Assembly: GCA_000388065.2 (NCBI GenBank)
Contig: KB932201.1
Reading direction: 5' to 3' (one strand)
DNA from: Fonticula alba ATCC 38817
Lineage: Eukaryota; Protista; Nucleariida
DNA length: 57,235 nt
In this document: positions 11,921-23,488 of the stretch, one piece after another
Layout: each line of letters begins with the position of its first letter
Position numbering within the stretch: position 1 is the stretch's first letter
The notes under the pieces: generated by a model
Database searches by the model: none
What the model saw: only the letters and a program-made list of their open reading frames with translations
Told to the model about the DNA's origin: nothing
Position numbers and translations under genes: made by a program

Positions 11921-13223
11921 ACAGCAGCAGCAACAGCAACAACAACAGAGGCCCCACGCACCTGGCTCACTATCTGAAACCGGGTCTGCGTCTGCCCCTT
12001 TCCCCCTTGCGGGAGGTGGCCCTAGCAAAAGTGATCACGGCACTCTGCCACTGTCGTCGCGTATTGCTCAAGGCGGCCGATTGCGTAAATCCGCCACTCG
12101 GGGCCGCGTCCGCGATGATAGTCGGAGCCGGAGCCCCAGCCGGAGCCGAAGCCGGAGCCGGAGTCGGAGCCGGAGTCGGAGCTGGAGTCGCGGCCGAAGC
12201 CGGAGTCGCGGTCGGGGCCGAGGCCGTAGCCGGAGCCGGAGCCGCAGCCGCAGCCGGAACCGGAGCTGGAGTCGAGGCCGGAGTTGGGCTCGGAGTCGGA
12301 GCCGGAGCCGGAGTCCAAGCCGGAGTCGCCGGGAGCGAGACCGAGCGCGGTCACGATCTCCATCCCGGTCGCCGTCGCCCTCGAGGCATCGGCACTGGCG
12401 TCCAGCGCGATCTACCTCGCGGTCGCGGTCGCGGTCGCGGTCAGTCTCTCCCTCGTCGGCCGGTGGGACGATCCAGCGGCGACGTGTCAATGGTGGCCGG
12501 GTGCGCGACTGGCCGGATCCATCTCGTCGGCGGTCACGCTCCCGGTCGCCAGATGGCGACTCGCGGTCAATTCCGGCCGGCAGCCGGTCCCGAATGCCGG
12601 CGCCGGCATCGTCCTCGTCATCTCTCCCGACGCCCCCGTCCTCATCATCCCCCACCTCCGCTGCCTCCTTCGCCTCCTCATCGAGCGACCCCGGTCCTCT
12701 CACGATTGCCGGCATGGCAGCCTCCCTCGGCCAGTGCACCGGCGAGTTGGCTCGTGCTCAGATGCTGACCGAGCGCCTGCAGAGCCTCTACAATCTGGAG
12801 CCCACTGGCTTTGCCGGGGCGCTGGCCGGTTCGACGATCGCCGCACTTGACTGGCTTCTCAGTCGGCTAGAGTCGCTTGCCTACAATGCGGCCATCTTGC
12901 GCGAAGTGCCGATCGGCGCGGCGCTGACCCCGTTGATCCGGCCGTCCATCGGCGAGCGGGACCTCTCTTCGAGGGCCATGGCCTTGCAAATGCGTTTCCG
13001 CCAGCTGATGATGGGCGGTGGCGGCGGTGGCGGCGGCATCGGGGCCAGCGGCATCGGGCCCAGCGGCAGCAGTACCAATGGCGGCAGTGCTGGTCTCAAG
13101 TCTCAGGACTTAGCCGGTGACATGGATCTTTCGATGGTGGACGGGTCCGTCACAGGCGGAGGCGCCTCCTCGTCAACCAACTCCCTCTCACGGCCGGTTG
13201 CCTCGACCGCGAGCGGTCGGTAG
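9854..13223 (+). CDS. PWWP-domain nuclear protein with RS repeats, polyQ and a C-terminal TFIIS-N/IBD-like helical domain (HDGFRP2/LEDGF-like architecture), about 959 aa
   Basis: Exons 9854-9925, 10085-10149, 10329-11124 and 11277-13223 (phases 0, 2, 0; CTAAC branch site at 11225). Spliced N-terminus FDHGDLVWAKVHNYSYWPAQV..VAVIFFGSHDFGF..LQSAIDEA is a PWWP domain. The C-terminal ALDWLLSRLESL..AILREVPIG..AMALQMRFRQL resembles a TND/IBD; that assignment is less certain. Confidence 0.85.
11880..11946 (+). repeat. CAG/CAA polyglutamine tract (about 22 Q) in the PWWP gene
   Basis: Read directly; in frame with exon 4. Confidence 0.95.
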
Positions 13224-15193
13224 TGCCGCTGGTGTGTCGCACCGCCAGCTCCTCCTGTCCTTGTGCAAATGCGCGGTCCTGCATGCTCTTCCCTTCTGTT
13301 GGTGACTGCATCCCCCCCCCCCCCCTCTCTCCCCCCCCATACGCATACATGTCCGTGCACCCCCGAGGGGCTGGTCTACTCCCCTTGTCTCCCTCCCCTT
13401 TTCTCTGATGGCCACCACAAGGTCGGGGACAGCATTGTCCGTCGTCGTCGTTGTTGTTGTCGTCGTCGCCGCTGCCACGCGCGCAGCGGCCTACTCGCCA
13501 TACCCTCTCTTGTTCTCCATGTGCGGAGCAGCCTCCCTGCTCTGCGGCGAGGCTGGAGAGTAATCATGCCTCCCTTTTTGTATACTAGATGGCCATGTGG
13601 AGGCGGTTTCCTCCACTCTATAGACGAATGCGTCTCGCCCTCCCTCCCGCCCTGTGTTTGCGTTGTTACTTCTTGCCTTTTTTCCCCCCCTCCCCGCACG
13701 CGGTGGCCGGATACCGTGCATGGGAGAGCCAGTCGGGCAGCGGAGCGGCAGGCGGGCAGCGCCGGCGGCGCCACGAACATGGCGTGTCGCCAGTGTGCTG
13801 GCCGACACGGACGGCGTTGGATGGTGTTTGTCTAGCTGGAGGGTCTGTTTGTTGGGCATGCCTGGTTGCCGGGGCTCTCCCCACCGACCCGCCGTTGGTT
13901 CTCTCTTGTCCGCTCTTCCCCCGCCGCACGCCGCGGGCGGGCCCTTAGAAAATGGGAGACGGGCCTCAGGCTGATCGGCCCGCCACGGCCCGGCCCCCGC
14001 CATGCTCAGGGCAACCTGCGGCAGATCTCAGAACATGCATCACGCCACCCAGTGCCCGTCGGAATAAAACGCCATTTAAAACCTCCCAATAGTGTGCTTC
14101 TGGGGTTGGGGTGGTGCTGGGCGAAGCAGCATGCCAAAGCTAGTGATGCGCAGGACTGGCCGAGCGTTGTGCTGCCTTCCTCGGGCCGGGTTTTTTGTCT
14201 GTCCCGAGCCTTCCTGCTTGGCGAGGTGTCTGGTTCGGGGAATCTATCCATGACCGTCGCCTTGTTCAGAGGGGGTCTACCGGGGCCAGGGCACGGCCTC
14301 AAGGCGTCCCGCCCGGGCCTTGTGTTTGCAGGGGCTTATTTTCTCCCCTTCGCGCCCGGATGTTGACGATGGGATACTACTTCCAGCGCCTGGGTCAATT
14401 TCTGTCCTCGTCCTCTTCCTCCCCCCCCCCCCCCCACCTCGGTCTGGCTGGGCATGTGGAGAGATGGGGCTGCCGGGTGTGTGTTGGGTGGCGAGTGGAG
14501 GCGTGCTGGGCCCGGCCACTGGGCCCGGAACGCCAGATTGCGGAACCAGGGTGCTGGACATCTGAGCCAGTGTCCTTGGCCCTGCTACAGTCCGAGACCT
14601 GAGCTTGGTTTCTGGTGGCCGGTTTCGGGCTTTTGATGGGCGCATCACACAGCGTTGCGTGGCGCCCTCACATGGGGGGGGCCTGCGTTCCGTCCCCCTT
14701 CGCCCCCCCCCCCCCCCTCCGAGGGTGGTGATGGGCTGTGTGTGTAGGGTCCTGCCGGCTGGCTCCTTGGCCCGCCCAGGGACGACGCGTGTGTGAGGAC
14801 CTCTCCCCGGGGGCGTCCCAGGCGTGCGCAATCCCCCGCCCCGCTCCCGATGTATGGCACGTCCCTCGCACACGCGCGCCCGGGGTCCAACTCCTGCTGG
14901 CTGTCCAAGACACTGGTCCCAGGAGGGGGGACCATTCTTCAGAGGCCATACCAGGATCATGGCTCCCTCGAGCCTCTCCCCCAACTACGAAGTGTTTCAC
15001 CATCTCAAGGTGCCTTCCTCACTCCTCCCCTTCCCTCTCTACCCCCTTCCCTCTCTCTCTCCCTTCTCTCTCTCTCCCTTCTCTCTCTCTCTCTCCCCCT
15101 TCTCTCTCTCCCTCTAACTTCCTACCCTCCTCCTCCTAGTGACTCTTCGTGCACTACTGCATACCGCCCGTGTGTTGTAGCTGTTACATCACC

Positions 15194-15773
15194 ATGGTTT
15201 CCACCGAGTGCTCTCAGACCGTGTGGACTGGCGACAAGGTCCGCCAGACCTTCATCTCCTTCTTTGAGGAGCGTGGTCACTCCTTCGTCCCCTCCTCGTC
15301 GACCATCCCCCACGATGACCCGACCCTGCTGTTCACCAACGCCGGTATGAACCAGGTACGTGCCTCTCCCGCTCCTCCCCCGCTGTGCCCTGGCAGCTAT
15401 GAAGCCCACCTGTGCCCCTCTCCGAGCTCGGTCCTGACCTCCCGCATTGTGACTCCCGCGCGCCCCCCTCCCCCTCCCTCCCCCTTGTCGCGGCCGCCCC
15501 TCAGTTCAAGCCCATCTTCCAGGGCACTGTGGACCCGAACTCTGAGTTCTCTCGTCTCAAGCGCGCTGCCAACAGCCAGAAGTGGTGCGTATTTTGTCAT
15601 CATCCAGCTGTGCCTACTCTCTCGGTCTCCCCGTTGCGTCCCTCTCCACCATATCCCTGACTCATCCCCTCCCCCCCCCTCTCTTCCTCCCTCCCAATGG
15701 GTGACCACCCGCGCGCAGCATCCGCGCTGGTGGCAAGCACAACGACCTCGATGATGTCGGTAAGGACTCCTAC

Positions 15774-15804
<31 letters not shown>

Positions 15805-18534
15805 GGTCCTTCGGCGATTACTTCAAGGTTGACGCCATCAACTGGGCCTGGGAGCTCCTGACCGAGGTCTTCGGCCTGGACAAGGACCGCCTGTACGTGT
15901 CCTACTTCGGTGGTGACGCCGAGGCCAACCTGCCGGCCGATCTGGAGACCCGCGACCTTTGGCTGGCCAAGGGTGTGGCCCCGGAGCGCGTCCTGCCCTT
16001 CGGCATGTCGGAGAACTTCTGGGAGATGGGTGACACCGGTCCCTGCGGCCCGTGCTCCGAGATCCACTACGACCGCATTGGTGGTCGCACGGTCCCGGAG
16101 CTGGTCAACGCCGATGACCCCGATCTGCTGGAGATCTGGAACCTGGTGTTCATGGAGTTCAACCGTGAGGCCGATCGCTCCCTGAAGCGCCTTCCCTCCC
16201 AGTCGGTCGACACCGGCATGGGTCTCGAGCGCCTGGTGTCGGTCCTGCAGGACCGCCGCGCCAACTACGACACCGATCTCTTCTCGTACCTGTTTGAGGT
16301 GGGTTTCTCTGCGTCCTCTTTCCTCCCCCCCCCCCTCCCTTCCGCCCCTTTGTCTTTCGCCGGCCATTTGCATGCCTCATGTGTGTCAGCGCACATGTTG
16401 TGCGCCTGGCGCCCATTCCTCCTTCCCGCTCGCTCGCTCGCTCACCTCCCCACACCCGGTTTCTTCGCCCGCTCCTGCACAGGCCATCGAGAAGGGCACC
16501 GGTGCCCGGCCCTACTCCGGCAAGTACGGCAAGGACGATGCCGATGGCATCGACACCGCCTACCGTGTCCTGGCCGATCACATCCGCACCCTGGCCTTCG
16601 CGCTGTCGGACGGCGGTGTTCCCGACAAGGATGACCGTGGCTATGTCCTGCGCCGTGTCCTGCGCCGTGCCATTCGCTTTGCCCACGAGAAGCTCGGTGC
16701 CAAGCCCGGCTTCTTCCCGAACCTCATCACCGCCGTCGTGGACAAGATGGGTCATGCTTTCCCGGAGCTGAAGAAGAACCCGGCCGGCGTGATTGAGATC
16801 CTGGTCGAGGAGGAGGCCCAGTTCCGCCGGACCCTGGATCGCGGTATCCGCCTCTTCACCCAGGTGGTGGAGAACCCGGCCAACACCAGCGCCGGGACCC
16901 TGTCCGGTGAGGTGGCCTTCAAGCTGTATGACACCTATGGCTTCCCCAAGGATCTGACTCAGATCATGGCCGAGGAGCGCGGCCTGACCGTGGACCTGGC
17001 TGGGTATGCGGCCGCCGAGGCCGAGGCCAAGGCCCGGTCTCAGAGCACCAAGAGCACCGCCGGTGCGGCGGTGGCCCTCGACGTGCACACCATTGCCGAG
17101 CTCAACCAGAAGGCCGTTCCCCGGACGGATGACTCCTTCAAGTACACCCACTCCGAGGTGGAGGCCCGTGTGCTGGCCATCTTCCATGGGGGTGCCTTTG
17201 TGGAGTCCTTCGATGCCAATGCCACGCACGATCTCTTCGGGCTGATTCTGGATCAGACCAACTTCTACGCCGAGCAGGGTGGCCAGATCTTCGACACCGG
17301 TCTCATCCATCTGACCGGCGGATCGGAGGGCGTCCTGGAGGTGGAGAATGTCCAGGTGTACAATGGGTTTGTCCTGCACACGGTGTCCATGAGCACCGGG
17401 GTGGTGCGCGTTGGCGATGCCGTGTCCTGTGCCTTTGACCCGGCTCGTCGTCGTCCCATTCGTCGGAACCACACGGCCACGCATCTGCTGAACAATGCCC
17501 TGGCTTCGGTCCTCGGGGGCGAGGTGAACCAGCAGGGGTCGCTGGTGGCGCCGGATCGCCTGCGCTTCGACTTCAGCTTCGGCAAGGCCGTGCCGGCGGA
17601 GAAGCTCCGCGAGGTGGAGGCCCTGGTGCGCGAGCAGATCGCCGCCGACCTGCCGGTCTACTATGACAATGTGCCGCTGGTTGATGCCGAGAAGATTGCC
17701 GGTGTCAAGGCCATGTTCGGCCAGTCCTACCCGGACCCGGTGCGGGTGCTGTCGGTTGGCACTCCGATTGCCACTCTGGTGGCCGACCCGGCTTCCGGCT
17801 CGGGCGTGGCCTCGGTGGAGTTCTGCGGTGGCACTCATGTTGCCCGGTCGTCGGATATCCAGGACTTTGTCCTGCTGTCGGAGGAGGCCGTGTCGCGCGG
17901 TGTGCGCCGTGTGGTGGCGGTCACCGGTCCGGAGGCCGTGCGCGCGGGCGAGCTGGCTGACCAGCTGCAGCAGGCCATCGCCGATGTGGTGAAGAATGCC
18001 ACCGGTGCCAGCCTGGTTGGGTCTCTCAATGGCCTGGATGCCCAGGTGACTGAGGCCCCGCTGTCGCTGGTGCGCAAGCAGGCCCTGCGCGCGCAGATCG
18101 CCGAGGCCAAGCGTGCCCAGGCCGAGCAGGACAAGCTCGTGCGCGTGGCCCAGGAGAAGGCTGCCAACCAGCGTGCCGAGGAGCTCCTGGCCAAGCTGAC
18201 CCCGGATGACAAGTTCCTGGTGGAGGTCTTCGATTTGGGCTCCAATGCCAAGCACCTGTCGCAGCTGTCGCGCCAGTTCCCGAAGGTCGGTGTGTTCTTC
18301 ATGTCGGTCGATCGGGACCTGGGTCGTGTTCTGCATGCGGCCAATGTCCCGGCCGCCCTGGCTGACACCCTGTCCGCCAAGGACTGGTCCGCGCATGTGG
18401 TTGATGGTGCGCTGGGCGGCAAGTCCGGCGGCAGCAAGACCACCGCCCAGGGCGCCGGCCCGGAGGTGGGCGCTGTGGAGAAGGCTTGCGAGCTGGCCAC
18501 CGCCTTTGCCAAGCTGAAGGTTTCCAGCGAGTAA
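15194..18534 (+). CDS. AARS1: Alanyl-tRNA synthetase, eukaryotic cytosolic type, 4 coding exons, about 957 aa
   Basis: Exons 15194-15355, 15505-15584, 15719-16298 and 16483-18534 (phases 0, 2, 0). Motifs present: [46 protein letters not shown], editing-site HTATH and EFCGGTH, and C-terminal GKSGGS. Confidence 0.98.
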
Positions 18535-18895
18535 GGCGGCGGAGCAAGAGAAGGAGGCAGCGGGTCGGGCCACTGTGCGTGTGCTTGGTCTTATTTCCCC
18601 TCTTGCTGTGTGCCGCCCTTTGCCCGTTTTTACTTGGGCAGGGGGCGGTGGGGAGGGGGGGGGGGGGGGCGGGGGTGAGCGTGTGAACGACATGTCAGAC
18701 ATCCTCCTCTCGCCTGCCTTGCTGGTGTGGTGCCCGTGTGCGGGCGATGCCGCTCCCCCCCTCCCCCCCCCACTCCCTCCTGCGCTGTCGGACGAGGCGA
18801 GGGCGGCGACCCCAGAGTGAGCGTCTGCATGGATGTGCACATTGAGCTTCCTCCCCTCGCCCTTGGTAGGGTGAGATGTGTCAGCAATCGCATGC

Positions 18896-18938
<43 letters not shown>

Positions 18939-20222
18939 GCGCGCGCACATACCCTTCGTCGTGGTGCATGTGTAGACCCATTTTCTTCCTCCCCTTCCCG
19001 CTCTTTGCCACACCTATGTATGAATAATAAAAGACATGGGATTCCCCTCTCCCCTCTCTCTCTCTTCCCCTTTTGGTGTCCTCCTCTGCGAGTGTGTATC
19101 ATCAGGCATGTGTCCGGTTGAGCTGCTGCTCCGGGGGCTACAGCACAGCGGCCAGCGTCCAATCACCGCATGCAAACCATCCCCCGAGGGTCTGCTTTCC
19201 TGCGTCCGCCCCTCTTTCTCGTGTGTTGTGTGATGCGGGCTGTTGCTTTTCTCACCGAAGGCCCGGCGGGCACGAGCATTAACTCAATGTCCAAAAAGCA
19301 CCTGACCAGCTCTCAGCACCCACCGTGAAGCATCACGCTGGCTCATGCAGGGGCGTCGCCCCTCGGGGGGTTACCCCGTACTGGGGTGATTTGCCTGGTG
19401 GGAAAATGGCGCGCCCGGGCTCTGGACCCGCTCGCCGCCTCCGTGCCCCCGCCCGTCTTGCCCCTTTTTCTTCCTGCCCCTCTTCGAGCAGCTGGACGCC
19501 TTGACGGAGGCGAGGCGAGGGGCCAGGCTCGAGTCTCCCAGTCCGTCCGGTCCTCAGGGAGACGGAAGAAGGCGGTGCTGCCGTTGTCCAGCCTTCCTGG
19601 CAAGCTGCCCTGCCCGCTGTCCTGTAAAATAGGCAGCCGAGAGGCGGGGGCAAGGGCTGGGGGCAGCCGGCATCGCCGCAGGGGTGTGCAAGCTGCCGCA
19701 AGACAAGCGCGAGCCAGCTGCTCCTGCCCAGCCGGGGCGGGACGGGAGGCAGGGGGGCCACGGTAGGCCGGGGTTGGCCTGTCACGGAATCAGCAACCGG
19801 CGTGCGGCCCCCCCCCCCCCCCCGGGGGCCGGGGGCGGAGTGAGGGCCGTGCAGGGAGGCGCAGGCGCGTGGTCGGCGGTGTGCGTGGCATGTTCAAGCG
19901 CATGCAGGCCGAGCGGCAAACGAGTGTTTCACAGGCCGTTGTGCCAATCTTTATGTGTACATCTTCAGTGCACACCATCCTGGGAGCGTGGCCGGCCGCG
20001 CTCTTTTGGTCGCTTCTCTGGGGGGCCTTCAAATCGGTGTCTTGCTCGACCACGGGGAGATCCCCGCCCCCCCCCTCCCGGTGTGGCCGTCATCTGGCCG
20101 GACGGGCGGAGAGCGCGCCTAAAACTGGGCGCATGCTGAAGGAATAAAGAGGCAGGGACCACGTTTAGCACCGTCTCCGCGCCGGCCCCATGGGGCGCGG
20201 GTCGTGGGCGAGGGCGCCCGGC

Positions 20223-20290
20223 GTGGTGGCGGTGATCGTGGCGGTGGTCGTGGCGGTGGTCGTGGCGGTGGTCGTGACGGCGGTCGTGGC
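20223..20290. repeat. Imperfect 12-mer minisatellite (GTGGCGGTGGTC), about 5-6 copies, intergenic
   Basis: Read directly. It produces the RHDH and TTTA pseudo-peptides in the ORF track. Confidence 0.8.
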
Positions 20291-20981
20291 GGTGGCGGCG
20301 TCGTGCGGCGCCGCGCAAGGCCGGGCGGTCTGGGGGGGAGGCATTTGATATGCGGGGGGCGGGGCGCCGGGGTGGACGCGGCAAGTGTGACCAAATATTG
20401 CGTGGCCAGCAAGGTGGCGCCAGGCGTGTGGTGACGGCCACCTCTCCTCGGGGGGGGGGGAGGGAGACCGGGGGAGAGCAATAGCACAGCCCTGCCCCCG
20501 GCTCTCCTGCCACTGGCCGTCCCACCGAGGATTAACCCCTTCCTTCCGGACCGGTGCCCAGGCCCTTTGCGCGGGATTTGAGGCGGCAGCCGGGGGAGGG
20601 GGGGGGGTCCGGTGCCCCGCCTCCCCGGGTATTGGGCCTGTCTGGCCTGCGTGGCCTGTTTCTTCTCCTTGCCCCCCCGCCCTGGGGGTGGGGTGGGGGG
20701 GTGCGGCGGGCATGCTACCCGCGGCGATGGAGTCTGCCCCTTGGTTGGTGGCAATTTCGGGAGGCTGCCATGTGGCCCTCGCGCTCTCCTCGTGAGGAGG
20801 AGGAGCTCTGGGCCGGTGCGGACGGGCTCAGGCGGGGGCATCTACAGCGGCAGGCACCGCGAGCTCGGGGCAGAGCGGGCCTCGGCGGGGGGGGGGGGGG
20901 GGGGGGGCCCCGGGGGGGGGGGGGCCCCCCGGGGGGGGGCCCGCCCCCCAAGGGGCCCCCCCCCCCCCGGGGGGGGCCCCC

Positions 20982-21027
<46 letters not shown>

Positions 21028-23488
21028 CGCGATGGGCCTCGTGGTGCCTCTCGCCGGGCCTGCCGCGCCCTCCGGCGCGCCTTGCGCCCGGGCGTGGGCC
21101 GCAGTGATCCATTGGCATTGAGAGGGACAGCTGGGGCCGAGCCGGTGTTGGGAACGGCGCCGGTGCCGGCTGCTCGGGAAACGAGGAAGGCGGAGAAGCC
21201 GCGAGCGGTGGGCTTTCGTCGTTTGCGTTGCGGGGGGCCCGGGGCCCGGGGGCGGAGCGGGGCGGGAAAAAACGGTTCCCGCTTGTTTGGGCGTGGGGCC
21301 GACCGAGCGGCTCCGGTGGGTTGGGGGGTGCGCAGCCCGGGGTCCACGCCCGACGCGTCCCGTGCGGGTCTCTGCTTCGGCCGGTGCCCGTTTCGCGGGT
21401 GGCACCCCGGCACCCTGCGCGAGCCTGCTTCCCCGTAAGTCCCTCCCTCTCTGGGCACCCTGTGCGATACATGCGCCGCCGACTGGTCCCTGTGGAAAGG
21501 CAATTAGCGCGTCCGCTCGCCCTGCCAGCAACCCCCGTTGTCTCCCAGTCGGACGTGTCCCCTTCGTCGTGCCCCTTTCCGGCCCGCCTGGCTGTGCGTC
21601 CGGAGGCCGGGATGGTAGCCGAGACTCCAGGCCGCCCCGCCCCGCCCCCCCCCCCCTGCCGGCCGGCGGCCCTGGCCGGTTACTCGCCCGCTGGCCCGCG
21701 TGTTTGCTCGCCCCGCTCGGCCGCGAACACTGTTGCCGCAGCGTTGCCCTTGGCCGAGGCACCAAAACAAGGCCCGCCCGCCGGAGCGGAGTCGCGGCCG
21801 GCTGGCCTCCCCCGGGGGCGAGGGGCAGCCGGGCCGCAGAGCACAGATCCCCAGGTGCTTTGTCCCCTCATCTTCCCCTGAACCTCCCGCCCCGCGCCTC
21901 TGCCCGTTGGACCCGGGGCTAACCGGAGAGGGGGGGGCGGGGCGAGGGGTTGGGGTGGGGACTTGGGCCGAGAGAGGGAGAGAAGGCGGGCCCGGGGCCC
22001 GGAAGCGAGCGTGTGGGCCGGCGGCCATGATGCGTGCCCCAGGGCGAGATGATTGTTGTCTCCCGCGCCCGGCGCAACCCCCCCAGCGCAGGGGGCAGGG
22101 ATCACGGCCGGCATGCAGGCTCCACGCACTGGCCACCTCCCAGCGAGGGGGGGGGGGGNNNNNNNNNNGCGGCGCGGCGCGGCGCGGCGCGCAGGGTGCA
22201 CGTCGCGGTGGGGGGGGCGGGCCGCCGGCTCGAGGTAGGGCCTTGCTACGCCTGCAGTTGCCCTCCTTCAATCCGGGACCGCCGGGGGGGGGGGGGGGGG
22301 CCGGCTGCGCGCCTGTGCAATCTCCCCCCGCCCTTCCAGGGCGGAATGGGCGCGCAGGCATCCCCTCTACCTGGCTGTCCGTGCGCGCGCACGCGCGCGC
22401 GCGATATGCACACCCGTGCGCCCCCCTGAGTTGCGGCAGACACGGCAGGGTCGGGGACACGGCACCAGGCAGAGCCGGAGAAATGGGCCCCCCTTCGGCT
22501 GCCCCGCGTATGTCTGCCCCCCCCCCCCCCCCGCCTGCCTCTCTCTCTCTCTCTCTCCGTCTCTCTTGTTGGCCCCTCCCTCGCTTCCATGCCCGTCCCT
22601 TGTCCTGGTGCGCGTTCGCACTGCTGGCCCGTCTGCCGCCCACCCCGCCGGACATCCTCCTCCCCCCCGGGAAGGAGCCGCGAAATGCGCGCCCCGAATA
22701 ATTCTTCTGTCCATACTTTCCCAGGGCATTCGCCCCCAGACAATATGCCGAGGGCAATTCCTGAGCCCTTCCATTCCCCCCTCCCCCAAGGGGACAAAAA
22801 GTGGCTCGGCTCCTTCGGATAATGTTCTGTTGCAACGGACGCGACTGGCTGCTGATTGCCGTGGGTTCTCTCCCGGCCCTGCCGGGTGTAGGGGTGTTAC
22901 CCCGGCTCCCCCTTTGGTCTGCCTGTTTTCCGAGGTGTTCTGTTTGGTCAGAATGCCACCCACCCGTCCGGCCGTCCGGCTGGCCGCCCATCCATCGCAG
23001 GCCCACCCATCTCCCGACTCGGTCCTGCGATCCAGGGGCCACCAGAGCCGGCCGGCCGAGCCACCCTCAGACCATGTCCCCGGTCCCCGCCCCCCCCCCG
23101 TCCCCCCCTGTGCGACTGCTGTTCGCCGGGCAACGTGCGCCCAGGCCAGCCCCAAGCCGGTGGCTGCCCGCCAGCACGCTTCTTCGGCCAGGGCGCCGAT
23201 CTCCCAGGCCCCTTGGCTTATGGGCCATCTGTTGTCCTCCCCCNNNNNNNNNNNNNNNNNNNNNNNNNNNNNNNNNNNNNNNNNNNNNNNNNNNNNNNNN
23301 NNNNNNNNNNNNNNNNNNNNNNNNNNNNNNNNNNNNNNNNNNNNNNNNNNNNNCGCCTCTCCTTCGTGCCCACCCATCCCTGCCTCGCCCTTCCCTCCCA
23401 ATCCCCCTCTCCCCCCCTTGCCACCTGGTGCTTTTATCTTCTTCCGGATCTCTCCTTCCCAAGCTCCTGTCCTCGAGGCTCTCCTCCG

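Noticed and set aside
16159-19011. 950-aa ORF antisense to alanyl-tRNA synthetase (tempting as sense/antisense aaRS coding)
   Set aside because: It is a shadow ORF. Strong G/C bias at third codon positions removes stops from the antisense frame. It has no recognisable motifs and runs through intron and (GA)n repeat sequence.
20886-21025. Alternating G-run/C-run quasi-palindrome (possible cruciform or hairpin element)
   Set aside because: It consists almost entirely of homopolymers whose lengths are unreliable in this assembly, and it has no defined arms or target-site duplication.
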